The position numbers and the translations under genes were made by a program. DNA of 64,000 nucleotides from a bacterium. Lineage in GTDB: Bacteria; SAR324; XYD2-FULL-50-16; G965216635. Positions 46,399 through 55,920 of this stretch are shown piece after piece; positions within the stretch are counted from its first letter, which is position 1, and each line of letters starts with the position of its first letter. The stretch lies in assembly GCA_965216635.1 (NCBI GenBank), contig OZ244188.1, positions 352,001 to 416,000 of the forward strand. Direction: 5' to 3'. A model generated the notes under the pieces. It was not told the DNA's origin and searched no databases. It saw nothing but the letters and a program-made list of their open reading frames with translations.

Positions 46399-48356
46399 AG
46401 TGTTAAAAAGGCAATAAATTTTTCTTTTTTCAAAAGTCCAGCCTTTTGTTTTAAGATTAAATCATCTTTTGACAGCAGAACATATAAAGGCAGGGCAACA
46501 TTGCCAAAACGATTTTGTTGTAAAGCTAGATTTTTTTTAGAGTCTTCACCTATATCTGTATAAAGTCTTACTAATATAAAATGATTTTTAAATTTTGTAA
46601 ATACTTCTTTTGTAGGGAAAATATTCTGCTCCATCCAACGGCAGTTTGTGCAGCTTTTTCCGCTAAAATCCACAAAAATTGCCTTGTTTTCTGCTCGGGC
46701 TACGAGGAAGGCTTTTTCTATGGAGTTGTGCCAAATTAAGCTTTCCAATTCTTCACGGCTTACAAAATTCTTGTGTTTTAGGTAGCCATTTTTAGCACTA
46801 GGTAGCTGGGCATCTATAGTTCCTCCTAAACTTTTATCCCCTAAACCTTGGGCTAGATAAAGAATAGAAAACAAGCAAAAAAGACTAGCTATAACTCGCC
46901 CGATGGTGGGTTTGAAAACAGCTTGCCAGCTTTCTTGCCAACTTTTTTTTTTGTAAAGGGGAAAAAACAGAAAAATCAACCAAGTCAGTAAAGATAGCAT
47001 CCAAAATAAAAGAACAGAATTGCGACTAAAAAAAGAGCGTTCAAAGACTTCAGCTGCAATGTTTAAAAATCGCACCGCCGCTACTAGAGATAAAAGTCCT
47101 AGTGTGAATTGAATATTCCTTGTCCAAAAATTTTTTGCCGCAAAAATTTTTTGCGAAAAACGGAGTTTTTGAGGAAAAATAGAAAAAAGAAGTAAAGGAA
47201 AAATGAAAACAAAAGAAAAAATCATTAAACCTAAAATAGGATAAAACCAGTAGCCATAAGATGATGCTACCAAAAGAGTGCCTATGAAAGGAAAGGTGCA
47301 ACTAAGGGTAGTCAGTGTAAAAAGGGTGCCTGCGAGTAGTATTTTTAAAAACCAATATTTTTGAGCTGTTTGCCCTTTTAATAATAACCAATCCTGCCAG
47401 CGAGAAAAAACAGCTGGAATTTTTGGAGAGGCTAGTCCCAAAAAATTTAGTGCAAAAAGCAAAAAGAAGGAACTTAAAAATAGATAAGTCCAGCCACTAG
47501 ATGCTAGTTCTATTAGCGAGGTGGCTCCTAAAAAAATAGACACCAAAGAGCCCAAAAGGGTAAAACTTAAGGCTATTCCTAGTGTAAAAAAAAAGAGCTG
47601 AAAGAATGGATTTTTACCCGAATTACTATTTGAAAAAAAAAGCACAAGTAGAGGGAAAACAGCGAAAACGCAGGGAGAAATCCAAGCCAAAATTCCAGAC
47701 AAAGCAGCGAATAAAATAAAACCCAATAAACCTTTATTTGCCAAATTTTGAAAGCCAATTAGATTAGGATTAGCGTCAATTTGTCTGTTCGCAAAAGAAA
47801 AATCTTGACGAACTTCACCCTTCTCCACGAGATAGTTGACAGTTATTTCTTTTTTTTCAGGTGGAAAGCAGATTTTTTCGCTACAAAGTTGAAAAAAAAA
47901 TAAAAGTTTAAAGGATTTTTTTGCGAAAGGATGGTTTTTTTCTATAGAAAAATTCTGATAAAAAACGGGGTTATTTTTCTGTTTTTTGAGACTTATACCT
48001 AATTCGCTTTTTTCTACAACAGGGCTAGTTTCGTAAGAAAGCGATTCTAGTTTTAAAAGGGTTTGAGTAAATTCTATTTTACTTGGCAAAACAATTTCTG
48101 GGTCTTGAAAAATAGAGTAAATATACCAACCCTGTGCGATTTTTAGCGGTAGTATGATTCTGCCGTGCTCACCTCTGCGGAAGCTACCAAGATTTAAAGA
48201 AGTGGGGATTTGCAGTAGTTTTTCTTTTTTTGGAATATTTTTGAGCGGAGTAAAAACTACGCCAGATGGGAGATCCCGATTCAGTTCTTTTGTATTTTGA
48301 GCAAAAAGAAAAGTAGCAGAAAAAACAAAAACCCAAAAAATACTGATTAGTTTCAT
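46395..48356 (-). CDS. dsbD: Thiol:disulfide interchange protein DsbD family
   Basis: N-domain CSEKICFPP, TM SPCVF and SCTFP, thioredoxin CTNC. Confidence 0.85.
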   Translation of the reverse strand: MKLISIFWVFVFSATFLFAQNTKELNRDLPSGVVFTPLKNIPKKEKLLQIPTSLNLGSFRRGEHGRIILPLKIAQGWYIYSIFQDPEIVLPSKIEFTQTLLKLESLSYETSPVVEKSELGISLKKQKNNPVFYQNFSIEKNHPFAKKSFKLLFFFQLCSEKICFPPEKKEITVNYLVEKGEVRQDFSFANRQIDANPNLIGFQNLANKGLLGFILFAALSGILAWISPCVFAVFPLLVLFFSNSNSGKNPFFQLFFFTLGIALSFTLLGSLVSIFLGATSLIELASSGWTYLFLSSFFLLFALNFLGLASPKIPAVFSRWQDWLLLKGQTAQKYWFLKILLAGTLFTLTTLSCTFPFIGTLLVASSYGYWFYPILGLMIFSFVFIFPLLLFSIFPQKLRFSQKIFAAKNFWTRNIQFTLGLLSLVAAVRFLNIAAEVFERSFFSRNSVLLFWMLSLLTWLIFLFFPLYKKKSWQESWQAVFKPTIGRVIASLFCLFSILYLAQGLGDKSLGGTIDAQLPSAKNGYLKHKNFVSREELESLIWHNSIEKAFLVARAENKAIFVDFSGKSCTNCRWMEQNIFPTKEVFTKFKNHFILVRLYTDIGEDSKKNLALQQNRFGNVALPLYVLLSKDDLILKQKAGLLKKEKFIAFLTL

Positions 48357-48553
48357 TCTTTATTTTCTCCATCTTGGATAATCTCCACTTCCGTGTCGGA
48401 ATCTTGGGATATATTATAACTGCCATCTGCCCATTTTGCTAAATCTTGGGTTTTGCATCTCTGCGAACAAAAGGGGCGAAAAGTAGATTTACCATATTCT
48501 ATTTTTTTCCTGCAGCTAGGACATTTTACAAAAATAACTTTGTTTATTTCCAT
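48353..48553 (-). CDS. yacG: DNA gyrase inhibitor YacG
   Basis: CPSC...RPFCSQRCK.QDL.KW. Confidence 0.9.
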   Translation of the reverse strand: MEINKVIFVKCPSCRKKIEYGKSTFRPFCSQRCKTQDLAKWADGSYNISQDSDTEVEIIQDGENKE

Positions 48554-49720
48554 TTAAATAATCTCAAAAGGGAATTTTTTTAATTCTGCTATATTTTTTA
48601 CTCCCATTTGCATGAGATTCGTATATAGATCTGCAAGTAGGATTTGATTTACTAAATCTCCACCGTATTTTCCTAAAGCTGCTACTCCGTAAACAAAGGG
48701 TCTGCCTAAAAAAACGAAATCTGCTCCTAAAACTAAGGCTTTGATTATATCCAAACCACTACGAACGCCACTATCAAATAGAATAGGAATTTTACCTTTA
48801 ATTTTTTTTGCAATGGCTGGAAGTGCTGAAATTGAAGAAGGAGCAGCATCAAATTGTCTCCCACCGTGATTGGATACCATAATTCCGTCCAATCCAAGTT
48901 TCATTGCTTGATAGGCATCATCGGGATGCAGTATTCCTTTGATAACCAAATTTCCTTGCCATTTGTCGCGCACTTCTTTTAAGTAATCCCAAGAAAACGA
49001 GCCTTCTATTTTTTCTCCTAAAAAAGAAACTAATTTCCCCATATCTTTAGTGCTTGCATATTTCTCCATTGTTTTTAATCTTGGCAATCCAGCTAGGAGA
49101 GTAGAAAAAGTCCAAAAAGGTCTTTTAATTCCTTGCCACACAAAACTTAAATTTATTTTGGGAGGCATGTTTAATTTTGCTCTATTAGATCTTTCCCTTC
49201 TAGCAGGAGTTGGAACATCGGCTGTGATTAGTATAGTTTTAAAGCCCGAATCTTTTACTCTTTTTAAAAGATCGTCTCTCATTTCTTTGCCTTTGGGGGG
49301 ATAAAGTTGAAAAAAACCATTGTCTTTAATAAAAGGGCTTATATTTTCTGGTGTTTCTCCGGCAAGTGTACTAAGTCCGTAAGGCAAATTATAACGAGTA
49401 GCACTTTGTGCTAAAAAAGAATCTGTGTGGGGCCACATCAAACTAGTCAATCCTACTGGTGATACTCCAAAAGGGGCTTGATAGGTTTTAGTGAACAAGT
49501 TTGTAGAAAGATTCGGTCGAAAACTACCTTTAACAAATCTCGGAGTTAGCACAATTTTCTTAAAGTCTTCTGTGTTTCTTTTTAGAAGATTTTCATCGCC
49601 CGTGCCACTATCCAAATATTCCCAAGCCACTAGTGGCATTTTCTTTTTTGCTTTTTTTTCTAAATCAATAATAGCAGGATGATTTTCCATCCATTTTTGC
49701 AGTTTTTTTGTTGTTATCAT
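48554..49720 (-). CDS. FMN-dependent alpha-hydroxy acid oxidase / L-lactate dehydrogenase family
   Basis: SNHGGRQFD, DSGVRSGLD, FLGRPF. Confidence 0.9.
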   Translation of the reverse strand: MITTKKLQKWMENHPAIIDLEKKAKKKMPLVAWEYLDSGTGDENLLKRNTEDFKKIVLTPRFVKGSFRPNLSTNLFTKTYQAPFGVSPVGLTSLMWPHTDSFLAQSATRYNLPYGLSTLAGETPENISPFIKDNGFFQLYPPKGKEMRDDLLKRVKDSGFKTILITADVPTPARRERSNRAKLNMPPKINLSFVWQGIKRPFWTFSTLLAGLPRLKTMEKYASTKDMGKLVSFLGEKIEGSFSWDYLKEVRDKWQGNLVIKGILHPDDAYQAMKLGLDGIMVSNHGGRQFDAAPSSISALPAIAKKIKGKIPILFDSGVRSGLDIIKALVLGADFVFLGRPFVYGVAALGKYGGDLVNQILLADLYTNLMQMGVKNIAELKKFPFEII

Positions 49721-49802
49721 TTTTGCAGTTTTTTTGTTGTTATCATTTTTGCAGTTTTTTTGTTGTTATCATTTTTGCAGTTTTTTTGTTGTTATCATTT
49801 TT
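49693..49802. repeat. 26-bp tandem repeat x4 copying the start of 48554-49720
   Basis: atgataacaacaaaaaaactgcaaaa (minus strand) at period 26. Confidence 0.95.
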
Positions 49803-49862
49803 GTCTGCTTTTCTCTATCAAAAGTCTAGAAAATTTTTCTTATGTTTCTTTAACTAGCTCCT

Positions 49863-51251
49863 TCAAGGAGCATAAACTTTTGCAGGCAACCAAGTGACTA
49901 TTTCTGGAAAAATGATAAGCAAGCTAAGACCTATAAGTTGTAAAATAATGAAGGGGATGATGCCTCTGTAAATATGCTTTGTAGTGATTTCTTTGGGGGC
50001 TACTCCTCTAAGATAAAACAGAGCAAAACCTACTGGGGGAGTAAGAAAAGAAGTTTGCAGAGTAACCGCAATCAAAATAGCAAACCAAATAATTTCGGGC
50101 TGTTGTATTTGTCCAAAGCCGTTTATATCCCAATCGTATTGGAGAATAACTGGAGATAAAATGGGCAAAATAATCAAAGTGATCTCTATCCAGTCTAAGA
50201 AAAAACCTAGCAAAAAAATTAATACTAAAACAAAAAATAATAACCCGTAAGCGCCAAAAGGTAGAGATAATAAAATTTTTTCAATAAATTCATCCCCTCC
50301 TAACTGGCGTAAAACTAAAGCAAAAGCAGTTGCAGTTACAAAAATACCGTAGATAAATCCTGTGGTTTTCAGACTATCACAAGCCACTTCTTTTAAAACT
50401 TTTATATTTAACTGTCTATAATATAGTGCTAATAGAATAGCACCAAAGGCTCCAATTCCGCTTGCTTCTGTAGGAGTTGCTACGCCGAAAAAAATAGAAC
50501 CAAGTACAGCAAGAATAAGCATTATGGGAGGTAAAATAGCCTGTGTAAGATTAATGACTATTTTGAAAGAAAAAGGGACTTTGTTAGCTCTTAAAGGAAA
50601 AAATTCTGGTTTTACGAGTCCTACGGTAATCAGAAAAACAACATAAAGGCTTGCTAAAATTAAACCCGGAAATACAGCACCCATAAAAAGATCCCCTACA
50701 GATATGGCAAGTTGGTCTGCCATAATTACTAGCATTATACTTGGTGGAATTAAAATTCCGAGTGTTCCAGCGCTACAGACTGTGCCTACTGAAAGTTCTT
50801 TATTGTAGCCCTGTTTCATCATAATTGGTAAAGAAAGTAGACTTAGCAAAACTACAGAGGCTCCGATAATTCCAGTAGAGGCTGCTAAAATAACTCCAAT
50901 GACTGTAGCAGAAATTGCCAATCCTCCACGCAAAGAACCTAAAACATCTTCTAAAGCCTGCATTAACTTTTCTGCTATGCGCGATTTATCCAGCATAATT
51001 CCCATAAAAATAAATAATGGGAGTGCTACTAGAACCCAATTATTTACCAATCCCCAAATTCTATTGACGATTAAACCTATAGTGACAAAATTCAATCCTG
51101 TAGAAGTGCCTAGATAAAGATCAGAAAAGTATCCTACAAAGCTAAACAGAATAGATATTCCTGATAGAATATAGGCAATGGGATAGCCTGTAACAAGCAA
51201 GGCAATGAAACTGCCGAGCATAAAAATGACTAAAATTTCAGTGACGGTCAT
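49863..51251 (-). CDS. TRAP transporter large permease (DctM)
   Basis: AASTGIIGAS, GTLGILIPPS, QTSFLTPPVG. Confidence 0.92.
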   Translation of the reverse strand: MTVTEILVIFMLGSFIALLVTGYPIAYILSGISILFSFVGYFSDLYLGTSTGLNFVTIGLIVNRIWGLVNNWVLVALPLFIFMGIMLDKSRIAEKLMQALEDVLGSLRGGLAISATVIGVILAASTGIIGASVVLLSLLSLPIMMKQGYNKELSVGTVCSAGTLGILIPPSIMLVIMADQLAISVGDLFMGAVFPGLILASLYVVFLITVGLVKPEFFPLRANKVPFSFKIVINLTQAILPPIMLILAVLGSIFFGVATPTEASGIGAFGAILLALYYRQLNIKVLKEVACDSLKTTGFIYGIFVTATAFALVLRQLGGDEFIEKILLSLPFGAYGLLFFVLVLIFLLGFFLDWIEITLIILPILSPVILQYDWDINGFGQIQQPEIIWFAILIAVTLQTSFLTPPVGFALFYLRGVAPKEITTKHIYRGIIPFIILQLIGLSLLIIFPEIVTWLPAKVYAP

Positions 51252-51765
51252 TGTTTTTAACTATTTTTTTTTTGGGGAAAAGAGCCATTAAATTTACTAA
51301 AAACAAAGAAAGATTTGCCAAAAACCAGAGTATGAATCCAAATGTAATACTTCCTTTTATAATCCAGCGATAAGGTAGCCCGCTAGGAGCATTGGATCTT
51401 TCACCAGAAATAAGAGCAAAGGTAGTATATTCAACAGAATGATAAATTGTAATGAGACAAAAAGGAAAAAAAAGAATTAATGTTCCTAAGAGGGTGACTA
51501 TAATTTTTGTTTTTTTTGAAAAATTATGGGAGAAAACATCAATACTCACGTGGGCTTTTTTAAGTTGAGCGTAAGCCAAAGAAGCCATGACTAAAAAACC
51601 GTAAAGATGCCATTGAAGTTCGTCTAACTTGACGATAGTTGTGTTTAAGATATAACGCAGAAAAACTTGAATTATGACAGCTGCTGTAAGCACATAAAAC
51701 AAAATAGCCAAAATTTGGCAAACTCTTTCAACAAAACTGTCTAAAAAACAGACTATTTTTTCCAT
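51238..51765 (-). CDS. TRAP transporter small permease (DctQ)
   Basis: ELQWHLY, HVSID, GLPYRWIIK. Confidence 0.88.
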   Translation of the reverse strand: MEKIVCFLDSFVERVCQILAILFYVLTAAVIIQVFLRYILNTTIVKLDELQWHLYGFLVMASLAYAQLKKAHVSIDVFSHNFSKKTKIIVTLLGTLILFFPFCLITIYHSVEYTTFALISGERSNAPSGLPYRWIIKGSITFGFILWFLANLSLFLVNLMALFPKKKIVKNNDRH

Positions 51766-51798
51766 CAGAATTTTTTCTGCGTTATACCTCTTTAAAAC

Positions 51799-52869
51799 CT
51801 ATTTTCTAGGTAAAAAAGCATTGGATTCCCAAAGATCGTATCCTTTACGGAAAGTTTCTAAGTGTTCATAAACCTCTGCAAAGAAAGGATCTTTCTTTTG
51901 CTCCTTAAGAACTTCTTCCCAAGAATCTCTAAAGGCTTTTAACATTTTTGGACTCCATTTTTTAATTATCACTCCTCTTTCTTCAGCATTCTTTTTCAAA
52001 ACAGGAAATTGATCTGCCTCTCCTTGAGCCAAACTTTCCAAAGTAGCTGCTTTACAAGCAACTTCTAGTGTTTTTTGATGCTGTTCAGACAAGTCGTTCC
52101 AAACATCTTTATTTACAAGAAACTCAAAGTTAGTGGCTTGCTGATGCCAACCGGGAAAATAGTTGTATTTTACTATTTTGTAGAAGCCCAACTTTGTGTC
52201 TACAGCAGGCAAAGAAAATTCAGATGCATTCAAAACTTTCTTTTCTAGTGCTGGAAATATTTCCCCACCAGGTAGAAGTTGAACTGCCGCACCTAAATTC
52301 TCCACAACTTTTCCTCCCAAACCAAAAAAACGAATTTTTAATCCTTTAAAATCGCTAGGAGAAGTAATAGGTTTTTCAAACCAACCTGAAGTTTCTGGGG
52401 GTGACATACCGCATTGGAGAACTTTCACATTAAAACCATTTTCATCGTACATTCTTTGCTGTAATTGTAGACCTCCTCCGTGATGAAACCAAGCTAAATA
52501 CTCGGGAGCTTCAGGTCCAAATGGAATAGCAGCAAAAAGAGGAGCTGCTGGCATTTTTCCAGCCCAATAGCCGGGAGTAGCATAGCCCGCCTCTACTTTT
52601 CCTGAAGAAACCGCATCTAAAATTTCAAAAGGTTTCACTAGTTTACCTGGCTCAAAATACTTTACTTCTAAAGAGCCTCCAGAGATTCCTTTAACGAAAT
52701 CACTAACATAGATGATTGTATTTCCTAAACTAGGTAAGGAAGTATTAAAAGCAACAGGAGTTTTCAAAATAATTGTTTTGCCTGATGTTTTTTCTTGTCC
52801 ATCTTCTTTTACACAAGAAAATAGAAAAAAAACAGAAAAACAAAGTAAAACATAAGTGAGTTTTTTCAT
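51799..52869 (-). CDS. TRAP substrate-binding lipoprotein (DctP/TakP-like)
   Basis: Lipobox LFSC, PFGP, SGWF, PGGEIFPAL, YFPGWHQ. Confidence 0.9.
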   Translation of the reverse strand: MKKLTYVLLCFSVFFLFSCVKEDGQEKTSGKTIILKTPVAFNTSLPSLGNTIIYVSDFVKGISGGSLEVKYFEPGKLVKPFEILDAVSSGKVEAGYATPGYWAGKMPAAPLFAAIPFGPEAPEYLAWFHHGGGLQLQQRMYDENGFNVKVLQCGMSPPETSGWFEKPITSPSDFKGLKIRFFGLGGKVVENLGAAVQLLPGGEIFPALEKKVLNASEFSLPAVDTKLGFYKIVKYNYFPGWHQQATNFEFLVNKDVWNDLSEQHQKTLEVACKAATLESLAQGEADQFPVLKKNAEERGVIIKKWSPKMLKAFRDSWEEVLKEQKKDPFFAEVYEHLETFRKGYDLWESNAFLPRK

Positions 52870-53085
52870 GTTTAATAATAATTAAGATTAATATAACAAA
52901 CGAAAATTAAAGTTAAAAATCACAGAATATCAAAAAATCTTTGCAATTTTAAACTTTTAATTAAGCCATTCAATAATGATAAAAAAATAAATAAAAGTCA
53001 AGAAATTATACTTATAAAACAAGTTTCTTAAAATTTTTATCTTAAAATCTAGGACTGAGTCGCAGCTAATCCAAAAAACATCAGA

Positions 53086-53967
53086 TTACAGGTAATTTTT
53101 TTGAATTACAGAAAAATCTAAATCTCCATTTCCTTGAGCTGTGATTTTTTGATAGAGTTTTCTCGCTAAATCTCCCAAAGGAGTTTGAGCGTTCCCCCTT
53201 TTTTTTATTTTTTCTGCCAACAGTAAATCTTTGAGCATCAATTTGCTTAAAAAACCATTTTGATAGTTTTTACTTGCGGGAGCATTTTTCATTACTTGGG
53301 GATAAGGGTTATAAACTTCCAAAGCCCAGTTGCCGCCCGAACTTTTTCTCATTATTTCTGATATTACTTTGGGATCAACACCGTTTGCTACGGCTAGTGC
53401 GATGGTTTCTGCAGTTCCGCACATTAAAATAGCAGCAAGCATGTTGTTGCAAAGTTTAGCAGTTTGACCAAAGCTGTTTTTACCTGCATGGAACATATTT
53501 TTCCCCATTTTAGATAAAACAACCTTTGCTTTTTCAAAATCTTTTTTAGCACCGCCTACAATAAAAGTTAGCTTGCCGTGTTTAGCTCCTTCAGTTCCTC
53601 CAGAAACAGGAGCGTCTAAAATTGCAATACCTAAATTTTTAGCAGCCAAAGCAATTTTTTTTGTCGTTTCAGGAGAAATAGTAGAACAGTCTATTACAAG
53701 AGTCTTTGATTGAATTTTTTGTAGAATGCCCGCTTCACTTAAGTAAAGCTCTTCTACCTGCTTACTAGTTTGTAACATACTAATCAGCAAATCCACATTT
53801 TCTGTGGTTTCTACAGCACTTTTGGCGGCAATGATGCCTTTTTTTTGAGCTTTTTTTACAGTAGCATCCTCAATATCAAAACCCACTACAGAGAAACCAG
53901 ATTTTACGAGGTTGCTTGCCATAGGCAAACCCATATTTCCTAATCCTATAAAGCCTATTTTTTTCAT
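53086..53967 (-). CDS. mmsB: 3-hydroxyisobutyrate dehydrogenase
   Basis: FIGLGNMG, DAPVSGG, AKLCNN, SSGGNWALEVYNP, MLKDL. Confidence 0.88.
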   Translation of the reverse strand: MKKIGFIGLGNMGLPMASNLVKSGFSVVGFDIEDATVKKAQKKGIIAAKSAVETTENVDLLISMLQTSKQVEELYLSEAGILQKIQSKTLVIDCSTISPETTKKIALAAKNLGIAILDAPVSGGTEGAKHGKLTFIVGGAKKDFEKAKVVLSKMGKNMFHAGKNSFGQTAKLCNNMLAAILMCGTAETIALAVANGVDPKVISEIMRKSSGGNWALEVYNPYPQVMKNAPASKNYQNGFLSKLMLKDLLLAEKIKKRGNAQTPLGDLARKLYQKITAQGNGDLDFSVIQKNYL

Positions 53968-54407
53968 TTTGTTTTTGTTAGTTCGTTAATTAAATAAAAA
54001 ATGGAACGATAAGTAATGGGAGAATAGTAATTTAAACCTAGCTCACAGGTAGTAGAACTAGAATATCCTTCTTTGCATTTTTTAGGAATTTCAGATGCTA
54101 GTTTTGATAAAGCAGAATGGACTAACTCGGGATATTGAAATATCTTGTCTCCAGCAACTCCACAACAGCTCACAGAGGGAGGAATAATTACTTCTGTTGA
54201 AAGCAAAGAAGCAATTTTTTTGAATCTTTCGTCAAGACCCATTTTATACAGACTGCATACTGGATGAATTGAAATCATTTTTTTCTTTTTTTTGATTTTT
54301 AATTTAGGGAGCACATATTTGTCTAAAATTTCTATAGAATCGTTAATATTCCAACCTTTTTCATTTAATTTTTCTTTAAGGAACATACTGCAAGGGCTAG
54401 TATCACA
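53780..54407. repeat. 628-bp direct repeat copy A (3' end of FAD/Fe-S oxidase plus 5' end of mmsB)
   Basis: Matches 57504-58131 with about 6 substitutions. Confidence 0.92.
53964..54407 (-). pseudogene. Duplicated C-terminal fragment of 57688-60495
   Basis: CDTSPCSMF...INELTKTK nearly identical to the C-terminus of 57688-60495. Confidence 0.85.
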
Positions 54408-54416
54408 CAATAAAAT

Positions 54417-54923
54417 AATTTTTTGTAGGATGTCAAATATTGACTTATAAAGATACTGTGAGACTATTGAATTAGACATTCTAGTTCAGCTATACTGCGT
54501 TGCTTAAATTTTTTATCACTCAAAATACTTCAGTATTCCTCTTGGGTAAAAAATTTTCGCGCCTTGTCTAGCTTTCCTATAATACCTAATTCAAAAGTCT
54601 CACTGTATTTTCTTATAGATTTTTAGCTTTATTTTAATTTTTTTATTGACAAAAACAATTTTTTGTAGGATGCCAAGTATTGACTTATAAAGATACTGTA
54701 TTTTATTATAGATTTTTAGCTTTATTTTAATTTTTTTATTGACAAAAACAATTTTTTGTAGGATGCCAAGTATTGACTTATAAGGATACTGTATTTTCTT
54801 ATAGATTTTTAGCTTTATTTTAATTTTTTTATTGACAAAAACAATTTTTTGTAGGATGTTAATTATTGACTTATAAGGATATTGTATTTTCTTATAGATT
54901 TTTATCTTTATTTTAATTTTTTT
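54417..54923. repeat. 93-bp tandem repeat x4, first unit interrupted by a MITE
   Basis: aattttttgtaggatg at 54417, 54657, 54750, 54843 (240 = 93 + 147). Confidence 0.92.
54460..54601. mobile_element. Palindromic MITE-like element, 142 bp, opposite orientation to 12625-12766
   Basis: gagactattgaattag ... ctaattcaaaagtctc; TSD ACTGT; empty site visible in neighbouring repeat units. Confidence 0.93.
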
Positions 54924-54939
54924 AGGAGAGAAAACTATT

Positions 54940-55335
54940 GTGGCTAAAATAATTCATACGATGCTGCGAGTCTTGGATGAGGAACGATCAGTTAATTTCT
55001 ATGATAAAGCATTTGGTTTGAAAGTATCGCATAGGTTGGATTTTGAAGACTTTACACTTGTTTACCTGTGCAATGACAAAAGTGATTTTGAAGTAGAATT
55101 AACTATTAATAAGGGACAAAAAGATCCATATAATTTAGGAAATGGATACGGTCATTTTGCAGTTTGTGTTGATGATATAGACGTAGAACACGCAAGGTTT
55201 AGCAAAGAAGGGTTTAACCCGAAAGAAGTTGTTCACTTTAAAGACGGAAAAAAGCACATTGCAAAGTTTTTTTTTGTTAGTGACCCAGATGGCTATAAGA
55301 TAGAGGTTTTACAGAAAGATGATTATTATAGGTAA
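54940..55335 (+). CDS. VOC / glyoxalase family protein
   Basis: IHTMLRV, ELTIN, GYGHFA, DPDGYKIE; GGAG RBS before GTG. Confidence 0.9.
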   Translation: MAKIIHTMLRVLDEERSVNFYDKAFGLKVSHRLDFEDFTLVYLCNDKSDFEVELTINKGQKDPYNLGNGYGHFAVCVDDIDVEHARFSKEGFNPKEVVHFKDGKKHIAKFFFVSDPDGYKIEVLQKDDYYR

Positions 55336-55365
55336 TTATGTAACAATATTGAAGAGGTAAATATT

Positions 55366-55899
55366 ATGACAATGACAAAAGAAATTGAAGCCGTAGTAAC
55401 GAAACCCATCCATGGAATAACACGCAGAAACCTACTAAAAGGTACGGTGGCTTTAGGGATGTTTAGTATTGGTGGTGGTTTTATAGCTTCCCTCAATGCT
55501 GTATGGGCTTTGGAAGTAAAAAAACTCAAACCTCAAACAATGGCAACACTGGTGCAGATGGCACGAGATATATATCCGCATAACCACTTGGCGATAGAAT
55601 ATTATGTTACTGCTGTGAAAGGATATGATACTGCTAAGAAAAAAGTAATGACAGAAAAGGGTATTACTAAACTTAATAAAATTGCTGGTGGCAGTTATCT
55701 TTCTGTAGGTTGGGAAAAAGATCGTGTTGCTATCTTAACCTCCATAGAGGATGAAGAATTTTTTCAAACAATCAGAGGTGGTTTGGTAACAGGTCTTTAT
55801 AATCAAAAAACAGTTTGGCCATTATTTGGATATGAGGGAGAATCCTATTCTAAAGGTGGTTATCTTAAACGAGGGTTTGATGATATAAAGTGGCTTTAA
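55366..55899 (+). CDS. Tat-exported small subunit (gluconate 2-dehydrogenase gamma-like)
   Basis: TRRNLLKG Tat motif; MARDIYPH, FGYEGES..GGY..RGFDDI.WL. Confidence 0.8.
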   Translation: MTMTKEIEAVVTKPIHGITRRNLLKGTVALGMFSIGGGFIASLNAVWALEVKKLKPQTMATLVQMARDIYPHNHLAIEYYVTAVKGYDTAKKKVMTEKGITKLNKIAGGSYLSVGWEKDRVAILTSIEDEEFFQTIRGGLVTGLYNQKTVWPLFGYEGESYSKGGYLKRGFDDIKWL

Positions 55900-55920
55900 T
55901 ATTTAAAACTAAAGGAGTAT

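Noticed and set aside
54408..54479. N-terminus of the 171-aa ORF 53964-54479 as a real gene
   Set aside because: Its ATG is in the MITE and the rest is repeat DNA plus the duplicated oxidase fragment
54417..54923. CRISPR array or iteron origin
   Set aside because: Head-to-tail 93-bp units without spacers; no cas or rep gene nearby
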